In this document: piece by piece, positions 63,906 to 64,000 of the stretch
How positions within the stretch are numbered: the stretch's first letter is position 1
Layout of the letters: each line of letters starts with the position of its first letter
NCBI GenBank assembly: GCA_963662335.2
Contig: CAXXVD010000002.1
Span: forward strand, 544,001 to 608,000
Length of the DNA: 64,000 bases
Source: Chloroflexota bacterium
GTDB taxonomy: Bacteria > Chloroflexota > UBA11872 > VXOZ01
Direction of reading: 5' to 3'
Notes under the pieces: model-generated
What the model saw: only the letters and a program-made list of their open reading frames with translations
Told to the model about the DNA's origin: nothing
Database searches by the model: none
Made by a program: the position numbers and the translations under genes

Positions 63906-64000
63906 AACCGCAATTCCAGGTGTCCGTGTGCGCACTGTTGGCCGCGGCAGCGAACCGAGAAGCCGATTTCCCGTTCGCGCTGAGCGTGTCGAAGCGCGCT

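Overview
GC-rich bacterial chromosomal window with no phage, CRISPR array, rRNA, tRNA or autonomous transposase. The T-box, Tat/lipoprotein solute-binding protein, sulfatases and DUF2089 locus suggest a monoderm organism, probably Chloroflexota (inference only). In order it holds: (1) an alpha/beta-hydrolase, PRC-barrel, MFS and TIM-barrel gene set; (2) a complete Trp T-box-controlled operon, trpE-G-D-C-F-[orphan DUF2281 antitoxin]-trpS-trpB-trpA; (3) a sugar-acid catabolic region with eda, kdgK, a degenerate Nudix protein, an HTH-fused SelA/DgaE-like PLP enzyme, a creatininase-family hydrolase and a Gfo/Idh/MocA dehydrogenase; (4) a tandem-domain hydrolase, two sulfatases, an orphan Tat-lipoprotein SBP and a DUF815 ATPase; (5) two paralogous lipoproteins built only of four tandem single-Cache domains; (6) a xanthine-dehydrogenase-family M-S-L operon; (7) glnA followed by FmdB, HAD, a DapB-like dehydrogenase and a PD-(D/E)XK nuclease; (8) a promoter-led structured non-coding region and an FGE-like gene; (9) an 11.5 kb seven-gene carbohydrate-uptake cluster (1033-aa CBM-SBP, four permeases, an NHL-TPR-Yip1 protein and a DUF5696-like protein with a transmembrane insert); (10) a D,D-carboxypeptidase and a DUF2089/DUF4097 pair. 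Intergenic spaces carry at least six families of short palindromic repeats and a three-copy MITE. The best candidates for undescribed biology are the uptake cluster, the poly-Cache lipoproteins, and the HTH-PLP enzyme with its putative amino-sugar-acid pathway. All family assignments come from reading motifs by eye, not from database searches.
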